DNA of 64,000 nucleotides from Candidatus Magasanikiibacteriota bacterium (GTDB taxonomy: Bacteria > Patescibacteriota > Patescibacteriia > Magasanikbacterales > UBA922). The notes beneath the pieces are model-generated. The model was not told the origin of the DNA and searched no databases. It was given only the letters and a program-made list of their open reading frames with translations. The position numbers and the translations under genes were made by a program. Shown one piece after another: positions 38,387 to 49,058 of the stretch. The stretch covers positions 92,544 to 156,543 of the forward strand of contig WJJZ01000010.1 in the NCBI GenBank assembly GCA_014729395.1. Reading direction: 5' to 3'. How positions within the stretch are numbered: the stretch's first letter is position 1; every line of letters starts with the position of its first letter.

Positions 38387-40267
38387 TTACTCCTCCTCCA
38401 ACACCTTTAAAACTACCTCCTGTCCTTCGGATAAACCCTCTATTATTTCAACCATACCACCATCACCCCTCAAACCGGTTTTAACCTGTACTCGTTTAAG
38501 CTCTCCATTATCCAAAATACGAACATATTTCTCGCCTTCTTCTGTCCTAACGGCCCTTTGGGGAATGAAAACCACATCATATTTTTCCTCCGTATAAAAT
38601 ATGATATTCGCAGTCATACCGTTTAAGATTTCATATTGACTATTGTCATCCAAAGAAACGGTAACCGTATAATAAACCACATCTTGAATTATTGTCTCTC
38701 CTTTTTCGATCTGTGTGACCGTACCCATAAACACAACATCATCGCCATACGCATCAAGTTTTATCTGAGCTTCGTCTTGCAAGTTTATTTTTACTATGTC
38801 AGTCTCAGGTATATCCACCTTTACTTCAAAATGAGGACTGATGAGCTTCATTACCACGTCCTGCGAAGTGACCAATTCTCCAACCTTGGCGTCAATTTTT
38901 CCCACTACACCATCCAGAGGAGCTTTGAGAATAGCTTTATCACGATTGGCAATAATTTGATTTAAATTTGCCTGTGCCTCCCACAAGGCCGCTCTATAAC
39001 CGGCAACGTCCACGTCTCGTGGTGGATTTTTTGCATCATTCAAACCGGCCTGAGCCTGGTCCACCAATGCTTGATATGCGGCAATGTCAGCCCCGGCCTG
39101 AATTCGTGTATTTTCCAAGGTCGTAACCGCGGAGTCATAAGCGATTTTATAAGTATCATAGCTATTCTTAGCGCTTTCTATGGCCTGTTTTTGATCAAGT
39201 AAACTGGCATATTTACTGGTTATATTTGATCTGGCGGTTTGAATTGTACTTTTCATGGTATCAAGTTCGGTTTGTGTCAAACCACCAACCGGAATCGTAT
39301 TATCCAAAACTTCAGAAACAGAACTTAATAAATCACGCATCTCAACCAAAGCTTGTTCCGTTATATCAACCGCGGTATCAATTGATTCATTGTCTGATAA
39401 AGTACTCAGAGGATTAATGGAATAATCCGCATCTTCTTTTGCATCTTTGGTTGTTAGGTATTTAGCGTTGGCGGTCTTTAATTTGCTCAAATCCAGAGCT
39501 GATAAAATTTCTTCAAAATCATCGTCGGCATAGGTATTATCAATACCTAAAATATTATCCGCCTCACGCAAAGCGTTTGTTAGAGTACTCTGAGTCGTCT
39601 GCAATAGAGCAACCATATCATCATAACTGTCTTGGACTATCAAACTATTCTCACCACCAACCGAAAGTTGAAGATTTTCCTCTGCTGTCTGTACATCAGC
39701 CTGTGCGCTTTTAATCGCGTTATCATACTTTGCTTGTATTTGGGTCAAATTCGCCTCAGCTTGTTTTAATTTTGCTTCCAATGTCGCAATATATTCATCC
39801 GTACTACCTGCCAGTTCTTTGCTCAAGTTGGCGTAAGCCTTGGAAACGGAAGCCCTTGCTTGAGCAATTCTGGCATTATATTCACCAAGCTCCAGTTCAG
39901 CCAATTTATCATCTTTTTTGACTTCATCATTAATATTAACATATATCTGACCGATTTTACCGGCTGTTTCAAATTTCAGATCTATTTCATCCGCAGATTC
40001 TACATTGCCGGTTGCATCCACTGTCTGAGAAAGAGTTCCTTTTTCCGTTATCACCGTGTCATACTCCGGACCTTCTTGACTTTTCTTTATTTGAGCATAA
40101 ACAGTACCGCTTGCAAACAAAATAACCACAAGCACAATATATGGCCATTTTTTCTTATACCACGGTTTTTGTTCATTCTCCAAAACTTCTTTTTCGCTAC
40201 TCTTTATCTCTTCTATTTCCTTGATTTTTTCAGCCTTTTTTTTCTTGTCAGCTTTTTTATTTTTCAT
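38387..40267 (-). CDS. HlyD/MacA-family periplasmic adaptor (membrane fusion protein) with a long coiled coil
   Basis: N-terminal TM segment, an extended coiled-coil and a C-terminal beta-barrel/HlyD_D23-like region. 626 aa. Confidence 0.8.
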   Translation of the reverse strand: MKNKKADKKKKAEKIKEIEEIKSSEKEVLENEQKPWYKKKWPYIVLVVILFASGTVYAQIKKSQEGPEYDTVITEKGTLSQTVDATGNVESADEIDLKFETAGKIGQIYVNINDEVKKDDKLAELELGEYNARIAQARASVSKAYANLSKELAGSTDEYIATLEAKLKQAEANLTQIQAKYDNAIKSAQADVQTAEENLQLSVGGENSLIVQDSYDDMVALLQTTQSTLTNALREADNILGIDNTYADDDFEEILSALDLSKLKTANAKYLTTKDAKEDADYSINPLSTLSDNESIDTAVDITEQALVEMRDLLSSVSEVLDNTIPVGGLTQTELDTMKSTIQTARSNITSKYASLLDQKQAIESAKNSYDTYKIAYDSAVTTLENTRIQAGADIAAYQALVDQAQAGLNDAKNPPRDVDVAGYRAALWEAQANLNQIIANRDKAILKAPLDGVVGKIDAKVGELVTSQDVVMKLISPHFEVKVDIPETDIVKINLQDEAQIKLDAYGDDVVFMGTVTQIEKGETIIQDVVYYTVTVSLDDNSQYEILNGMTANIIFYTEEKYDVVFIPQRAVRTEEGEKYVRILDNGELKRVQVKTGLRGDGGMVEIIEGLSEGQEVVLKVLEEE

Positions 40268-40326
40268 AAAACAATTAAAATCTATACTTGTATATTATGC
40301 TAAGTATTGAAAAAAATCAATGTTAA

Positions 40327-41337
40327 TTAAAAATCACATTTAATTGACTGTAAAAAAGACTCCATTTTTTTTCTAGGGTCTCCGGTTGTTTTTATACAAG
40401 CATATACAGCCTCGGCAAAAGGTAATTTTAATTTATACTTATTTTTTAATTTCATTAAACAGTAAACCGCATCAATACCCTCAACCGTCTGTCCAACTTT
40501 TTTAACAGCTTGCTTGGTTTTTAAACCGGAACCCAAATATTCTCCAAAACGACGATTCCTACTTTCCTCGCAAAGAGCCGTACCCACCAAATCACCAAGC
40601 CCTGCCAATCCGAAAACTGTTTCTTTTTTTCCTCCCATTGCAACAGTTAATTTGGAAATTTCATCAATAGCAAAAGCTATTAAACCTGATTTTGTATTTA
40701 AACCCATACCCATTGCGTCGCAAATACCCATGGCAATTGAATAAACATTTTTAAAAGAACCCCCCACTTCAACACCGACAATATCACTCGTTGGTAATAA
40801 TTTTAAATTTTTATTACACATTACCGACATTACTTTTTCCATCGCTTTTTTATTTTTTGATGCTATATTCATTGTTGTGAAAACTCCTCTTGCCAATTGC
40901 CCGGCAATAGCCGGCCCGGAAACACTAACAATATTTTTCTTTGTATTTTTTTTCAGATGCTTTGCCAATATATCGGGAATCATTTTTAATGATTTTGGCT
41001 CCAAACCCTTTGAAAGATCAACTATGATAGAATCATTTTTAATATTGCGCGCGGCAAAACCCAAGGTATGAGTAAAAACTCCACTGGGTACTGCAAAAAA
41101 AACAATCTCAGCCTCAGCCAAAGCATCAAAAATCTTTTCAGTAGGCATAATATTCTTAGATAATTTTACACCCGGCAAATATTTTTTATTTTCACTGCTT
41201 TTTTTAATTTGTCTTAGAGGTAAAAGATCACCCTCCCAATTCCAAAGATAGACCTTATGACCGTTTGAGGCTATTAATTGTGATATGGCCGTACCGAAAT
41301 TTCCCGCTCCCAAAACCGCAACTTTTATTTTCTTCAT
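40327..41337 (-). CDS. gpsA: NAD(P)H-dependent glycerol-3-phosphate dehydrogenase
   Basis: Rossmann motif (KVAVLGAGNFGTA) and a GpsA C-terminal domain. 336 aa. Confidence 0.9.
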   Translation of the reverse strand: MKKIKVAVLGAGNFGTAISQLIASNGHKVYLWNWEGDLLPLRQIKKSSENKKYLPGVKLSKNIMPTEKIFDALAEAEIVFFAVPSGVFTHTLGFAARNIKNDSIIVDLSKGLEPKSLKMIPDILAKHLKKNTKKNIVSVSGPAIAGQLARGVFTTMNIASKNKKAMEKVMSVMCNKNLKLLPTSDIVGVEVGGSFKNVYSIAMGICDAMGMGLNTKSGLIAFAIDEISKLTVAMGGKKETVFGLAGLGDLVGTALCEESRNRRFGEYLGSGLKTKQAVKKVGQTVEGIDAVYCLMKLKNKYKLKLPFAEAVYACIKTTGDPRKKMESFLQSIKCDF

Positions 41338-41349
41338 AAAATTAATCTA

Positions 41350-42156
41350 TTATGCTAAAAATATTATAATTAATAATCCGACTAAAATTCTATATACACC
41401 AAAAGGTTTGAAATTCCATTTTTGAATTACTTTCATTAAAATCCATATGGCTGCAAGACCGCTAAGCAAAGAGGTGATAAAACCGGCAATAAGCGTATAG
41501 AAATCTATATTTTCTACTCCTAAACTCAGTAGATCGTAAATCCCCAGCATACCGGCTAATAAAATTATCGGAATACTCATTAAAAACGAAAATTCGGCAG
41601 CGGTTTTTTTATCTAAACCTGAAAATAAACCGCCGGTCATGGTGATCCCAGATCTGCTGGTGCCCGGAATAAGAGCAATTGCCTGTACAAAAGAAATTAG
41701 AATTGCTTGCTTATTACTAATATTTTTTAAATCTTTTAACTTTTTTCCGGACTTTTTTGCGTACACATCTGCCCCTATCAATATCAAACCCCAAAAAATC
41801 AAACCGAAAGCAACCACTCCTGATGAACGCAGACTGTTTTCAATCCAGCCGGAGGCCAACAAACCGAAAATACCGGCCGGTACGATCGAAAAAAATAAAA
41901 TTATACCAAGACGTCGATTTTTATTTGCTGATAAGTCTTTTTTAAAAAAAGATTTTAATATATTCATTATTTTTTTTCTAAAGTAAACAATTACAGCCAA
42001 TAAAGTACCCAAATGTACAACAATATCAAAACTCAAGCCCTGATCAGACCAACCGAAAATTTTTGGTATAAAAATCAGATGTCCGGACGAAGATATCGGT
42101 AAAAATTCTGTTAAACCTTGAACTGCTCCCAAAATTATTGCTTGTACAATACTCAT
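41350..42156 (-). CDS. uppP: Undecaprenyl-diphosphatase (UppP/BacA)
   Basis: Conserved GLTEFLPISSSGHL and a C-terminal PGTSRSGITM. 268 aa. Confidence 0.9.
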   Translation of the reverse strand: MSIVQAIILGAVQGLTEFLPISSSGHLIFIPKIFGWSDQGLSFDIVVHLGTLLAVIVYFRKKIMNILKSFFKKDLSANKNRRLGIILFFSIVPAGIFGLLASGWIENSLRSSGVVAFGLIFWGLILIGADVYAKKSGKKLKDLKNISNKQAILISFVQAIALIPGTSRSGITMTGGLFSGLDKKTAAEFSFLMSIPIILLAGMLGIYDLLSLGVENIDFYTLIAGFITSLLSGLAAIWILMKVIQKWNFKPFGVYRILVGLLIIIFLA

Positions 42157-42977
42157 AAATCTTTAAATAAATTCTCAATATTTGTATTATTTGTAATAAT
42201 GTTTCTTCGTATTTCAAATAAATTTTCTTTGCTCTGCCAAGAACCGCTTTTTATGGTCAAACCCGCCCGGTAACCAAGACCCTTTGCCATTTCAATAATA
42301 TCTTGATTATACAAGCCAAAAGGATAAGATATTATTTTTATTTCTTTATCCAATAAATCATCCAAATATTTTTTACTATCACCCAACTCAGCCCGTGCGG
42401 TTTGCATGTCAACTCGAGTTAGATATTCATGATACCGCGTGTGAGATCCGAATTCAACCAGACCTGAGTCAGAAAGTTCCTTTATTTGATCCTTGCTTAA
42501 CCAATTATCACCTTTAACTCCGGTCATCAGATAAACACTGGATTTAATTTTATATTTACGCAAAATTGGCCATGCTTTGTCGTAAAAATCCTTAGCCCCA
42601 TCATCAAAAGAGATAATAATCGCCTTTTCCGGCAATACTCCGCGATTGATATATTCAACCGCCTCCTCCGTAAACAAGTCATTGTAACCTATTTTTTTTA
42701 TATATTCTAATATATCTTCAAATTTATCTTCTGATACATACCAAATTTTATTATTTTCGTTTACATCTGAACTCGGATTTCCAATATGATGAAAGAGTAA
42801 AACCGGTAACACAAACTGATCATCAATATTTACAAAAACTTCTTTATTGCTTGCGGTTGTCGAAGGGGATTCCCGCTCCGGAATAACAGAATTCTCATTA
42901 TTATTAATTATATTTCCACAACCATAGAAAAATAAAGTGATCAAAACAATACTAAACAAATATAAAAATCTTTTCAT
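42153..42977 (-). CDS. Polysaccharide deacetylase (NodB-homology) lipoprotein
   Basis: Lipobox (FFYGC) and a NodB motif (ISFDDG...SHTRYH). Confidence 0.8.
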   Translation of the reverse strand: MKRFLYLFSIVLITLFFYGCGNIINNNENSVIPERESPSTTASNKEVFVNIDDQFVLPVLLFHHIGNPSSDVNENNKIWYVSEDKFEDILEYIKKIGYNDLFTEEAVEYINRGVLPEKAIIISFDDGAKDFYDKAWPILRKYKIKSSVYLMTGVKGDNWLSKDQIKELSDSGLVEFGSHTRYHEYLTRVDMQTARAELGDSKKYLDDLLDKEIKIISYPFGLYNQDIIEMAKGLGYRAGLTIKSGSWQSKENLFEIRRNIITNNTNIENLFKDL

Positions 42978-44152
42978 AAAAACAACTTAGCAACACTGTA
43001 GACAGTCCCGACAGACAAAGCAATCAATAATAAAGCCACCAATATCGCACTATGATGAAGTTTGTATCTACCCACCGGCAAATCCCCTTTTTGCTTGGCG
43101 CGCCAATATATTAAAATCAAAAGCAACATCTGAAGGCTGATAAAAACCCCGCCCACAACATCAATAGTGGCAATAAAACTTCTCACACCCAACAAAAAAA
43201 TCGTTATCGGAACCAGCACAACCGCCATTACCGGTAATACTTTCCCCAGTTTCAGATCCCAGCTTAGTGAATCCCTCAAAGCAAGTCCATTTAATAAAAA
43301 ACTGGTGGCCATGGCAAAAAAAGCAAACAAATTGCCAAATATCAAAACCTGTCTTCCCAATTCCCGACCAAGGCCAATGGTGGCAATTTCGGTCGTCCTG
43401 TCTCCCGTAACACCAACAATGGCCAAAGTAAATACCGTATATATAAAAATATTAATCAGCCCGGCTATAATTATGGCTTTTTTGAATGAATCTTTCTTTT
43501 TTTCAAGTAAGGCTTCAGCCTCCGGAATGGCGGCGACACCCGAATATGCGAATAAAATTACTCCATAAGGTAACAACAACGTGGCAAAATTCGGTAATTT
43601 GATCAAAGTAAGTTCAATAAAAGGAGTACTGATACAAGCTATGTAGATTACAATAAAAAGAATTATTAGTGTGAGAATCAATTCAACTTTTTTTACGGTT
43701 CTTATGCCGATTATTATAATTATTGAACCTAAAAACCAAAAAACAACGCTCCACAAAAAATCAGGTCCTCCCAAAATTGCCGAAATGGTCTCTCCTTGGC
43801 CGATTATATAAACCGTTAATACCGAAAAAGACATTATATAGGCCAAAATCATCATCAACCACTTTCCCCAAGGGCCCAAATATTTTTCCGCATAACCAAC
43901 TAATTGTAATTTTTTTCTGGTTCTGATTGCAATTTCCCCTATCAATAAATTTAAACCCATCATGAGAATACCCAAACCGAAAATATAGAGCAGACCATAA
44001 AGCAAACCGATTTTAGCGACGGCATATGGAATACTTAAAATACCCGCACCAACAGTAGCACTGACAATTAGAGCCACTCCTTCAAATAACCCGATTTGTT
44101 TACGAAATTGCCCGTTATGGCTAACGAGTTTGCGCTTTTTTTTTGATTTCAT
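42974..44152 (-). CDS. Amino acid permease (APC superfamily)
   Basis: Roughly 11-12 TM helices. 392 aa. Confidence 0.8.
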   Translation of the reverse strand: MKSKKKRKLVSHNGQFRKQIGLFEGVALIVSATVGAGILSIPYAVAKIGLLYGLLYIFGLGILMMGLNLLIGEIAIRTRKKLQLVGYAEKYLGPWGKWLMMILAYIMSFSVLTVYIIGQGETISAILGGPDFLWSVVFWFLGSIIIIIGIRTVKKVELILTLIILFIVIYIACISTPFIELTLIKLPNFATLLLPYGVILFAYSGVAAIPEAEALLEKKKDSFKKAIIIAGLINIFIYTVFTLAIVGVTGDRTTEIATIGLGRELGRQVLIFGNLFAFFAMATSFLLNGLALRDSLSWDLKLGKVLPVMAVVLVPITIFLLGVRSFIATIDVVGGVFISLQMLLLILIYWRAKQKGDLPVGRYKLHHSAILVALLLIALSVGTVYSVAKLFL

Positions 44153-44155
44153 ATT

Positions 44156-44530
44156 TTATTTTTCCAACCTCTTTTTGACCTTATTTATAACTTCATTCAA
44201 ACTCCAGTCCGTTTTTACCAAATAATCCTTAATATCCATGGAAACTCCGTTTGAAATTTCTTTTGGTTCGGTTAAGTTGGTCAAAATTATTACAGGGACA
44301 TTTTTGCCCCATGTATCCTTGCGCAGTTTGTTTAACATCTCATAACCATCCATTCTTGGCATAACAATGTCGAGGAGTATCAAATCCGGTTTTTCTTTCA
44401 ACGCCATGTCCAAACCTTTTTCACCGTTTATCGCGCTCAACACCGCATAACCTTCTTTTTCAAGCTTACTTTTCAAAATTTTTGTCAAAGATGTTTCATC
44501 CTCGACAATCAGTATTTTTTGCTCTTTCAT
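44156..44530 (-). CDS. Single-domain response regulator (CheY-like receiver)
   Basis: Receiver-domain motifs (ILIVEDE, LILLDIVMP, K near residue 103). No output domain. Confidence 0.8.
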   Translation of the reverse strand: MKEQKILIVEDETSLTKILKSKLEKEGYAVLSAINGEKGLDMALKEKPDLILLDIVMPRMDGYEMLNKLRKDTWGKNVPVIILTNLTEPKEISNGVSMDIKDYLVKTDWSLNEVINKVKKRLEK

Positions 44531-44927
44531 ACAAATTTAATTCTTTTTTAACGTCATTGATTATCTCATCAAGACCATGATTAATTTTAGTATAATATTT
44601 TTTTATGTTTAATTTCTTGTATTTCTTTATATCTTCATCAGAATTGGAATTGGAAACAACAAAAACAGCGGGGGTATTTTTATCTCTTATGGTATTCATT
44701 TTTTCTAAAAAACCAAGACCATCATCGTGACCTATCAAATAGTGATCAAGCCAAACCAAATCAGTGTCCGGATGTTTTTTTATTGACTTTAGAGCCTGCT
44801 GAGCGTTATGAGTCATGTCAACCTCAAAACCGGATTCCTCCAGTCTATCCCTAACAACTCTGGCAAGAGGTTTTTCATCTTCAACTAATAGTATTCGATG
44901 TGATTTTTTATTTATTTTTTTTGTCAT
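44496..44927 (-). CDS. Single-domain response regulator (receiver only)
   Basis: Receiver-domain motifs (ILLVEDE, LVWLDHYL). No output domain. Confidence 0.8.
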   Translation of the reverse strand: MTKKINKKSHRILLVEDEKPLARVVRDRLEESGFEVDMTHNAQQALKSIKKHPDTDLVWLDHYLIGHDDGLGFLEKMNTIRDKNTPAVFVVSNSNSDEDIKKYKKLNIKKYYTKINHGLDEIINDVKKELNLYERAKNTDCRG

Positions 44928-44938
44928 AATCTATTTAT

Positions 44939-47743
44939 TTATTTTTTCTCTAATTTTTTAGTACCTTTTTTCCCTTTCATACCGCTAGCTGGAATAGATA
45001 CATAAAATGTACTGCCTTTATTCTTACCCGATTCAAACCAAATCTCGCCACCAACGCTTTCCAAAATTTTCTTCACCATATACAATCCCAAACCCGTACC
45101 GGTAGTATCTTTCTCTTTAACATTGTCAGCTCTGAACATTTTTTCAAAAATATGTTTTTGATCCTTTTTTGGTATTCCATAACCACTATCTTTAACAGAG
45201 AATACAATTTTATTTTTGTCTTTAGACAGGGATACCGCCACCGAACCACCCTTAGGTGTATATTTTACAGCATTTGTCAGTAAATTTTGTACGATGATTA
45301 TAAACAAATCCTTATCAACGCTTATCGCACCCAACTTTGATAAATTCCTGGTAATATGTAAATCTTTTTCTTTTATTTTAGGTTTAAGTTCTTTTATAAC
45401 ACTTTTTATGATAGGTTCTAATTTTACTTTTTTAGGTTCGATGCTAAATGTACCCAATTCCAATCTGGATACGTTTAGAAGAGCATTAACCAGATTTATC
45501 ATTCTGATATTTCCCCTTTCAATTTCAGAAACGTACTCTTTTTGAGAATTAGATAAATTCTTCACCTCGTCTGTCGCCAACATCTCCACGTACCATCTGA
45601 TTGTGGAGAGCGGTGTCCGGAGCTGGTGCGATGCTAACGATACAAACTCAGTCTTGGCTTTATCCACTTCTCTTTCTATACTTGTATCTCTGAAAACAAC
45701 AACACAACCGACAATTTCACCCTTCTCATTTCTAATCGGTGCCGCGCTATCTCCTACCGGAAGATCTTTTTCACCTTTTCTTCGCAAGACAGCCCCAAAA
45801 GGCATATTTTTAATTTCACCTGATTTTATCGCTTCATCAATAAAATCATCCAATAACTCATCCGTTGTTTCATCATAAAATTTATATACAGTATTATATT
45901 TCTTGCCTAACAAATCTTTTTCATCACAATTTACCAATTTGCATGCAACCGGATTTACTATCTGAATAAATCCTTCATTATCTATGACCAAAACCCCATC
46001 GCCGATACTTTGTAATATAGCGGCAATCCTATCTCTTTGTTTTTTAAAAATTACCCTTTCTTCATCCACATCTTCCAAAATATTCAAAATCGCCTTTTGC
46101 TGATCTCTTAATTCTGTTTCGCTTTCCACTATTTTCTTTGTTTGTTGCTTCACTTTTTTTTCAATATTTTTCCTGGACTTTTTCAGTGAATTCGTCATCT
46201 CCTTAAAAGATTTGGCCAAATCTACTATTTCGTCAGCTCCGGATAATTCTATTTTATAGTCTAAATCACCTCCACTAATTTTTTTTACCGCATACTGCAA
46301 CTGTCTAATGGATTTAAAAATAGTATTAGTTAGGTAATATAGAACAAGAATAACCAAAATAATCACCAAGACAAACAAAAAGCTCACATATAAAATAAAA
46401 TCTCTAAGCAACATATCAACTTCAGCTTTACTAACCTCTGCAACCAGACACCATTCCAAGTCCGGAATATAATAATGCGTGCCGTACCAATTTTCCCCTA
46501 GATTACTATAAGTAAACAAAGCGTTTTCTTGCTGAACGGACAAATCTTGCCCTATTTGTTTTTGATTAAAGCAAGCTATGGTATTTTTATTTTGAATATG
46601 TGTGTTTAATACGTCCTGACCGACATATTTTGTGGAAATTGTCCTTAGTGAGTAATCAGTACCAACCAAATATGTATCCAAACTATTCCATACTGACTCT
46701 TTTCTTTGTACAATCTTGTTTAATCTACTATTATCCACAGCTGTAACTATAACTCCTCCCAATTTATCTTTGATATAAACCGGTACAGCAAAATAAGACA
46801 CCGTATTACCATTATCATCCTCCACAAAATCACTAGATAATGAATCTTTTGTTTTTATAGCTTGCTGAAATGTATTAAAAAAAATACTGTTATTCAAATT
46901 TGGATCATTGTAGATGTTTATTCCCACCAAACTGGAGTCTTTGTCATCCCACAAAACCACGCCTTCAAAACTCACCAAACTCATTGCAGATAATGCGCTT
47001 GATTTTGTATAACTTTTTAAATAATTATCAGCTTCATAAAGCACCTTTAAACTGGAATTATACTCATAAAGATAGGCGGTTGCGGCAACTGAAAAAACGA
47101 CATTATCCGCTGTTGGTGAATCTACAATGTCAATATACATATATTTTTCCCTTATCTGCCCTCCGGCATCCCGCCACTCGTAAAAGCCATCAGCGACAAA
47201 GCCATTGCGAGTACTTTTCATAATGTCCCAAAATTCCGGCAGGCTCTCACTTAAAGTTGACAAACTCAAATTTTCAATATCAGGGTTAGTATGGAACCTG
47301 GCCACCAAACTGTTCACATCGGTTAAAGCCGTGTAACCCTCTTCACCCACGGGCCGGATGGCAATTTCTCTAAATTCAAGGTCCGCTTGTAAATCTTCCA
47401 CTGTTTTATCAGGATGCGCTAAGATATATTGATTCACTTCTTCAGCGACCTCCTTGGCTCTATCTTGTATTGATTTTTTTGCTATCTCAATATTTTTGCC
47501 CGTATTTTCTGAAAAAATTCTTTTAATTGAGGGGGAAAGCGTAAGATTCTCAAAATCACTCTTCATGTCGTCATAAAACAAAACAATACTGGCCTGATCC
47601 GTAAGTAATACTGAGTTCAATTCGGCTTTAATATCCTCTTTTAAGAATTTGGAAAAAAAAGTATATATCAACACCAAAAGAACAAGCATTGTTGCTAATA
47701 ATACTGCCGATAAAGGAAATGCGATTTTATTTCTAATTTTCAT
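44939..47743 (-). CDS. Sensor histidine kinase (TM, large extracytoplasmic Cache-like domain, TM, HAMP, PAS, HisKA, HATPase)
   Basis: H-box (SHQLRTPLSTI), N box, G boxes (DSGYGIP and GTGLGL). 934 aa. Confidence 0.9.
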   Translation of the reverse strand: MKIRNKIAFPLSAVLLATMLVLLVLIYTFFSKFLKEDIKAELNSVLLTDQASIVLFYDDMKSDFENLTLSPSIKRIFSENTGKNIEIAKKSIQDRAKEVAEEVNQYILAHPDKTVEDLQADLEFREIAIRPVGEEGYTALTDVNSLVARFHTNPDIENLSLSTLSESLPEFWDIMKSTRNGFVADGFYEWRDAGGQIREKYMYIDIVDSPTADNVVFSVAATAYLYEYNSSLKVLYEADNYLKSYTKSSALSAMSLVSFEGVVLWDDKDSSLVGINIYNDPNLNNSIFFNTFQQAIKTKDSLSSDFVEDDNGNTVSYFAVPVYIKDKLGGVIVTAVDNSRLNKIVQRKESVWNSLDTYLVGTDYSLRTISTKYVGQDVLNTHIQNKNTIACFNQKQIGQDLSVQQENALFTYSNLGENWYGTHYYIPDLEWCLVAEVSKAEVDMLLRDFILYVSFLFVLVIILVILVLYYLTNTIFKSIRQLQYAVKKISGGDLDYKIELSGADEIVDLAKSFKEMTNSLKKSRKNIEKKVKQQTKKIVESETELRDQQKAILNILEDVDEERVIFKKQRDRIAAILQSIGDGVLVIDNEGFIQIVNPVACKLVNCDEKDLLGKKYNTVYKFYDETTDELLDDFIDEAIKSGEIKNMPFGAVLRRKGEKDLPVGDSAAPIRNEKGEIVGCVVVFRDTSIEREVDKAKTEFVSLASHQLRTPLSTIRWYVEMLATDEVKNLSNSQKEYVSEIERGNIRMINLVNALLNVSRLELGTFSIEPKKVKLEPIIKSVIKELKPKIKEKDLHITRNLSKLGAISVDKDLFIIIVQNLLTNAVKYTPKGGSVAVSLSKDKNKIVFSVKDSGYGIPKKDQKHIFEKMFRADNVKEKDTTGTGLGLYMVKKILESVGGEIWFESGKNKGSTFYVSIPASGMKGKKGTKKLEKK

Positions 47744-49058
47744 CTTGCTCTTCTAAGTCTTTTATTTTTTCTTTTAATTCTTTCATCTTAAGTTCTCGTC
47801 CGATTAACCTCTTATTTATTTTTTTTAGGTCTTTTATCAATTCATCTTTTTCTTCATTCTTCTTTTTGTTTTGTTTAAACAGTCTACTAATCAATATGTT
47901 TAATTGTTCCATAATATTTCTTGAAAAACCTGAATATTTATTCAAATCTATCTCCGTTATTTGCGATCTCTTATTCCTATCCAATAAATCCTTATATAGA
48001 TTATTCAAGTCATAAAGTGCTTTGTGTAAAATATATACGTCTAAAATAATTAAAACAACCAGCATTAACAAAACAATAAAAAACAATTCCGACTCAACAA
48101 AAGACCAATTTTTTTTGACTTCATTAAGGTCATAAACCGTCAGTAAAAACCAACCCGTATTGATATCGCTTCCTTCATCGGAAAAACCGAAAATATACAT
48201 GAAATCCTTATTCCCCGACGGACGGAAAGAATCTTCAAAAACAACCTGCTTTTGTATTTCCTCATCTCCATAGGAGTCTAACAACTCACCCGTTTGCTCA
48301 AAAAGAAAATACGCTTCGGCTTGATACAAATTTCTGTTTTTTGAATTATCATACTTGATTTTCATTAATTTTTGTATTTCCTCTATCCCCAACACGACCT
48401 TCATCACACCCAAAAAATTTCCATATTCATCTTCCAAACGGGTGCAGAGCGACAATGAATCGGAATCTGCACTTTCGTCATACTCAATACCGGTGTAATA
48501 ATAACCCAGCTCTTTGCTAAGTTGCCACCAAAGTTCATCCGCTTGATAATAATCAGTGGTCCAATCACTTTGGGCGACATTGACACCATATTTGTTTGTA
48601 ATAAAAACTTCTTTTATTTGACCTCCACCTTGATTATCATTTATATAATCTTTTATTTCACGCAAATACAATGATAATTCATTATTGTGAAGTTCTTCCA
48701 TCCATGGAGTTGTAGATGTTTCCAAACTATAATTCCACTGCGAATCGCGTTCTAAAATAAATCTTTCAATTTCCGGTAGAGAGGAAAATGAGTTGAAAAA
48801 AAGATTGGAACTACTAATTTTATCCTTGTATTCTTTGGTATTGCCGATAAAATAAAACTGCTGAATAATGTCATGAACATTGTGGTTAATATCCAAAATT
48901 TCCAAATAAGATAATTCTTCAGCTCCGGTCTCAAAATTTTTCAAAAAATTTCTCTCAATAATGATGAACCCAAAATAATAAACTAAAAAACCAAAAAGTG
49001 AAGCCATTAATACATAATAAAACGCCAATTTACTTCTTTTCCTTATATTATTTTTCAT
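47733..49058 (-). CDS. TM sensor-like protein (TM, roughly 290-aa extracytoplasmic domain, TM, short cytoplasmic coiled coil) lacking an output domain
   Basis: Two TM segments. C-terminus ...DELIKDLKKINKRLIGRELKMKELKEKIKDLEE. Start and stop overlap the neighbouring genes. Confidence 0.6.
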   Translation of the reverse strand: MKNNIRKRSKLAFYYVLMASLFGFLVYYFGFIIIERNFLKNFETGAEELSYLEILDINHNVHDIIQQFYFIGNTKEYKDKISSSNLFFNSFSSLPEIERFILERDSQWNYSLETSTTPWMEELHNNELSLYLREIKDYINDNQGGGQIKEVFITNKYGVNVAQSDWTTDYYQADELWWQLSKELGYYYTGIEYDESADSDSLSLCTRLEDEYGNFLGVMKVVLGIEEIQKLMKIKYDNSKNRNLYQAEAYFLFEQTGELLDSYGDEEIQKQVVFEDSFRPSGNKDFMYIFGFSDEGSDINTGWFLLTVYDLNEVKKNWSFVESELFFIVLLMLVVLIILDVYILHKALYDLNNLYKDLLDRNKRSQITEIDLNKYSGFSRNIMEQLNILISRLFKQNKKKNEEKDELIKDLKKINKRLIGRELKMKELKEKIKDLEEQDEN